DNA of 64,000 bases. Origin: a candidate division WOR-3 bacterium UBA5631 (lineage in GTDB: Bacteria; Hydrothermota; Hydrothermia; UBA1063). The DNA lies in assembly GCA_002421425.1 (NCBI GenBank), contig DIJZ01000011.1, positions 2,307-66,306 on the forward strand, read 5' to 3'. Both the position numbers and the translations under genes were made by a program. Every line of letters begins with the position of its first letter. Within the stretch, counting starts at the first letter, position 1. Positions 63,135-64,000 of the stretch are shown here, one piece after another. The notes beneath the pieces were generated by a model. That model had not been told where the DNA came from, searched no databases, and worked only from the letters and a program-made list of their open reading frames with translations.

Positions 63135-64000
63135 AATGCGGAGAGAATCCCTGGAAAAACTTGCAAAAGTAATTCTTGATTACTCTTTGAAGGTGAAGAG
63201 AGAAGATATTCTTCTCGTGAATTCTTCATACCTTGCAGAGCCGTTTCTCCTTGAAGTTTACAAGGGAGCACTGGAGAGAGGTGCACATCCGTTTCTGAAG
63301 GTTTCACTTCCTGATGCAAGTTTTTACTACTACCGATTTGCTAACGAGCATCAGCTAAAGTACATTCCACCGTGGACGAAGACAGAAGTAGAGACTGCAA
63401 CATGTTTTCTTAACGTCATTGCAAGCAAGAATGCAAGAGCCCTGAGGAATGCTGATCCTGAAAAGATGAGAATGGCTAGTATTGCTGCGAGAGAACTTCA
63501 GGATATATTCCTGGAACGGGAGACGAAGGGTGAGTTGCGCTGGTGCGTTACCCTTTATCCTACCGACGCTGAAGCACAGGAGGCGGATATGGCACTTCCC
63601 GAGTTTGAGGAATTTGTGATTTCTGCAGGACACCTTGATGAAGAAGATCCCGTATGTTACTGGGAAAATGTTAAAGGAAAGCAACAGAAGATAGTATCCT
63701 TTCTTGAAAGCAAGAGCGAAATTCGAGTTGTCGCAGACGGTACCGATCTTACTGTGAATGTCGGGGGAAGGAAGTGGATAAATGCATCAGGGGAAAACAA
63801 CTTTCCTGACGGAGAGGTTTTTACGTCTCCTATAGAGAACGGGGTGAATGGAAGAATCAAGTTCAACATGCCGCAATACTACATGGGTAAAGAAGCCAAC
63901 GGAGTTTATCTTGAGTTTAAGGAAGGGAAGTTGATAAAGGTGAAAGCTGAAAGAAATCAGGAATTTGTTGAAAAGATACTGGAATCCGATGAGGGCGCGA
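63135..64000 (+). CDS. M29 family aminopeptidase (AmpS/PepS-like), 3' end runs off the window
   Basis: Absent from the ORF track because there is no stop in the window. ATG at 63135 after AGGAGG. MRRESLEKLAKVILDYSLKVKREDILLV...WCVTLYPTDAEAQEADM...GRKWINASGENNFPDGEVFTSPIE are typical M29 motifs. Confidence 0.8.

Noticed and set aside
1-64000. CRISPR arrays, IS/transposase, integrase, phage or plasmid genes, rRNA/tRNA genes
   Set aside because: I saw no direct-repeat/spacer periodicity, no terminal inverted repeats flanking an ORF, and no recombinase-like ORF. No non-coding gap is large enough to hold an RNA gene; the largest is about 430 nt at 7653-8081 and has no tRNA-like structure. This was visual inspection only. 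A covariance-model scan (Infernal/tRNAscan) would be the definitive check.

Overview
Gene-dense bacterial chromosomal segment with almost no non-coding DNA. I saw no rRNA, tRNA, CRISPR, IS or phage genes. All function calls come from motif recognition by eye; no database search or computation was possible.

Housekeeping blocks:
- tig-clpP-clpX-lon-hflX (minus strand, 10.4-16.9 kb) and mgtE
- ptb-birA-coaX, yajC-def-fmt, and ftsE-ftsX plus an envC-like gene
- recO, hemW, two Omp85-family outer membrane proteins, a class V fructose-1,6-bisphosphate aldolase/phosphatase, and buk

Several envelope proteins carry signal peptides, and two end in T9SS-type C-terminal sorting domains. Together with the anaerobic gene content this suggests an uncultivated FCB-superphylum-like anaerobe (inference only).

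The centre-piece is an 18.3-kb, 22-gene, single-strand array (18436-36779), in this order:
- regulatory-looking genes: DRTGG, SpoIIAB-like ATPase, DRTGG, PHP
- two NuoE/NuoF diaphorase pairs, with an interposed GHKL ATPase and a cysteine-free HndB-like protein
- an M3-type [FeFe]-hydrogenase HydA whose L1 motif reads TSCSPGW instead of TSCCPxW
- two TM1266-like proteins
- hydG, an unknown 93-aa ORF, hydE, hydF
- a Cys-type NuoG-fused formate dehydrogenase, then focA-mobA-fdhD

I read this as a soluble formate/H2/NAD(P)H module with several atypical cofactor-binding features and an uncharacterised regulatory cassette.

Other points:
- an apparent 1-nt deletion in a GGGG run (6986-6989) and a possible second one (7724-7727)
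- a decayed immunity-like gene
- a ~14-repeat T9SS cargo protein
- an HExxH-PD40-Omp85 fusion
- a multi-ACT-like unknown gene overlapping the FBP aldolase/phosphatase gene
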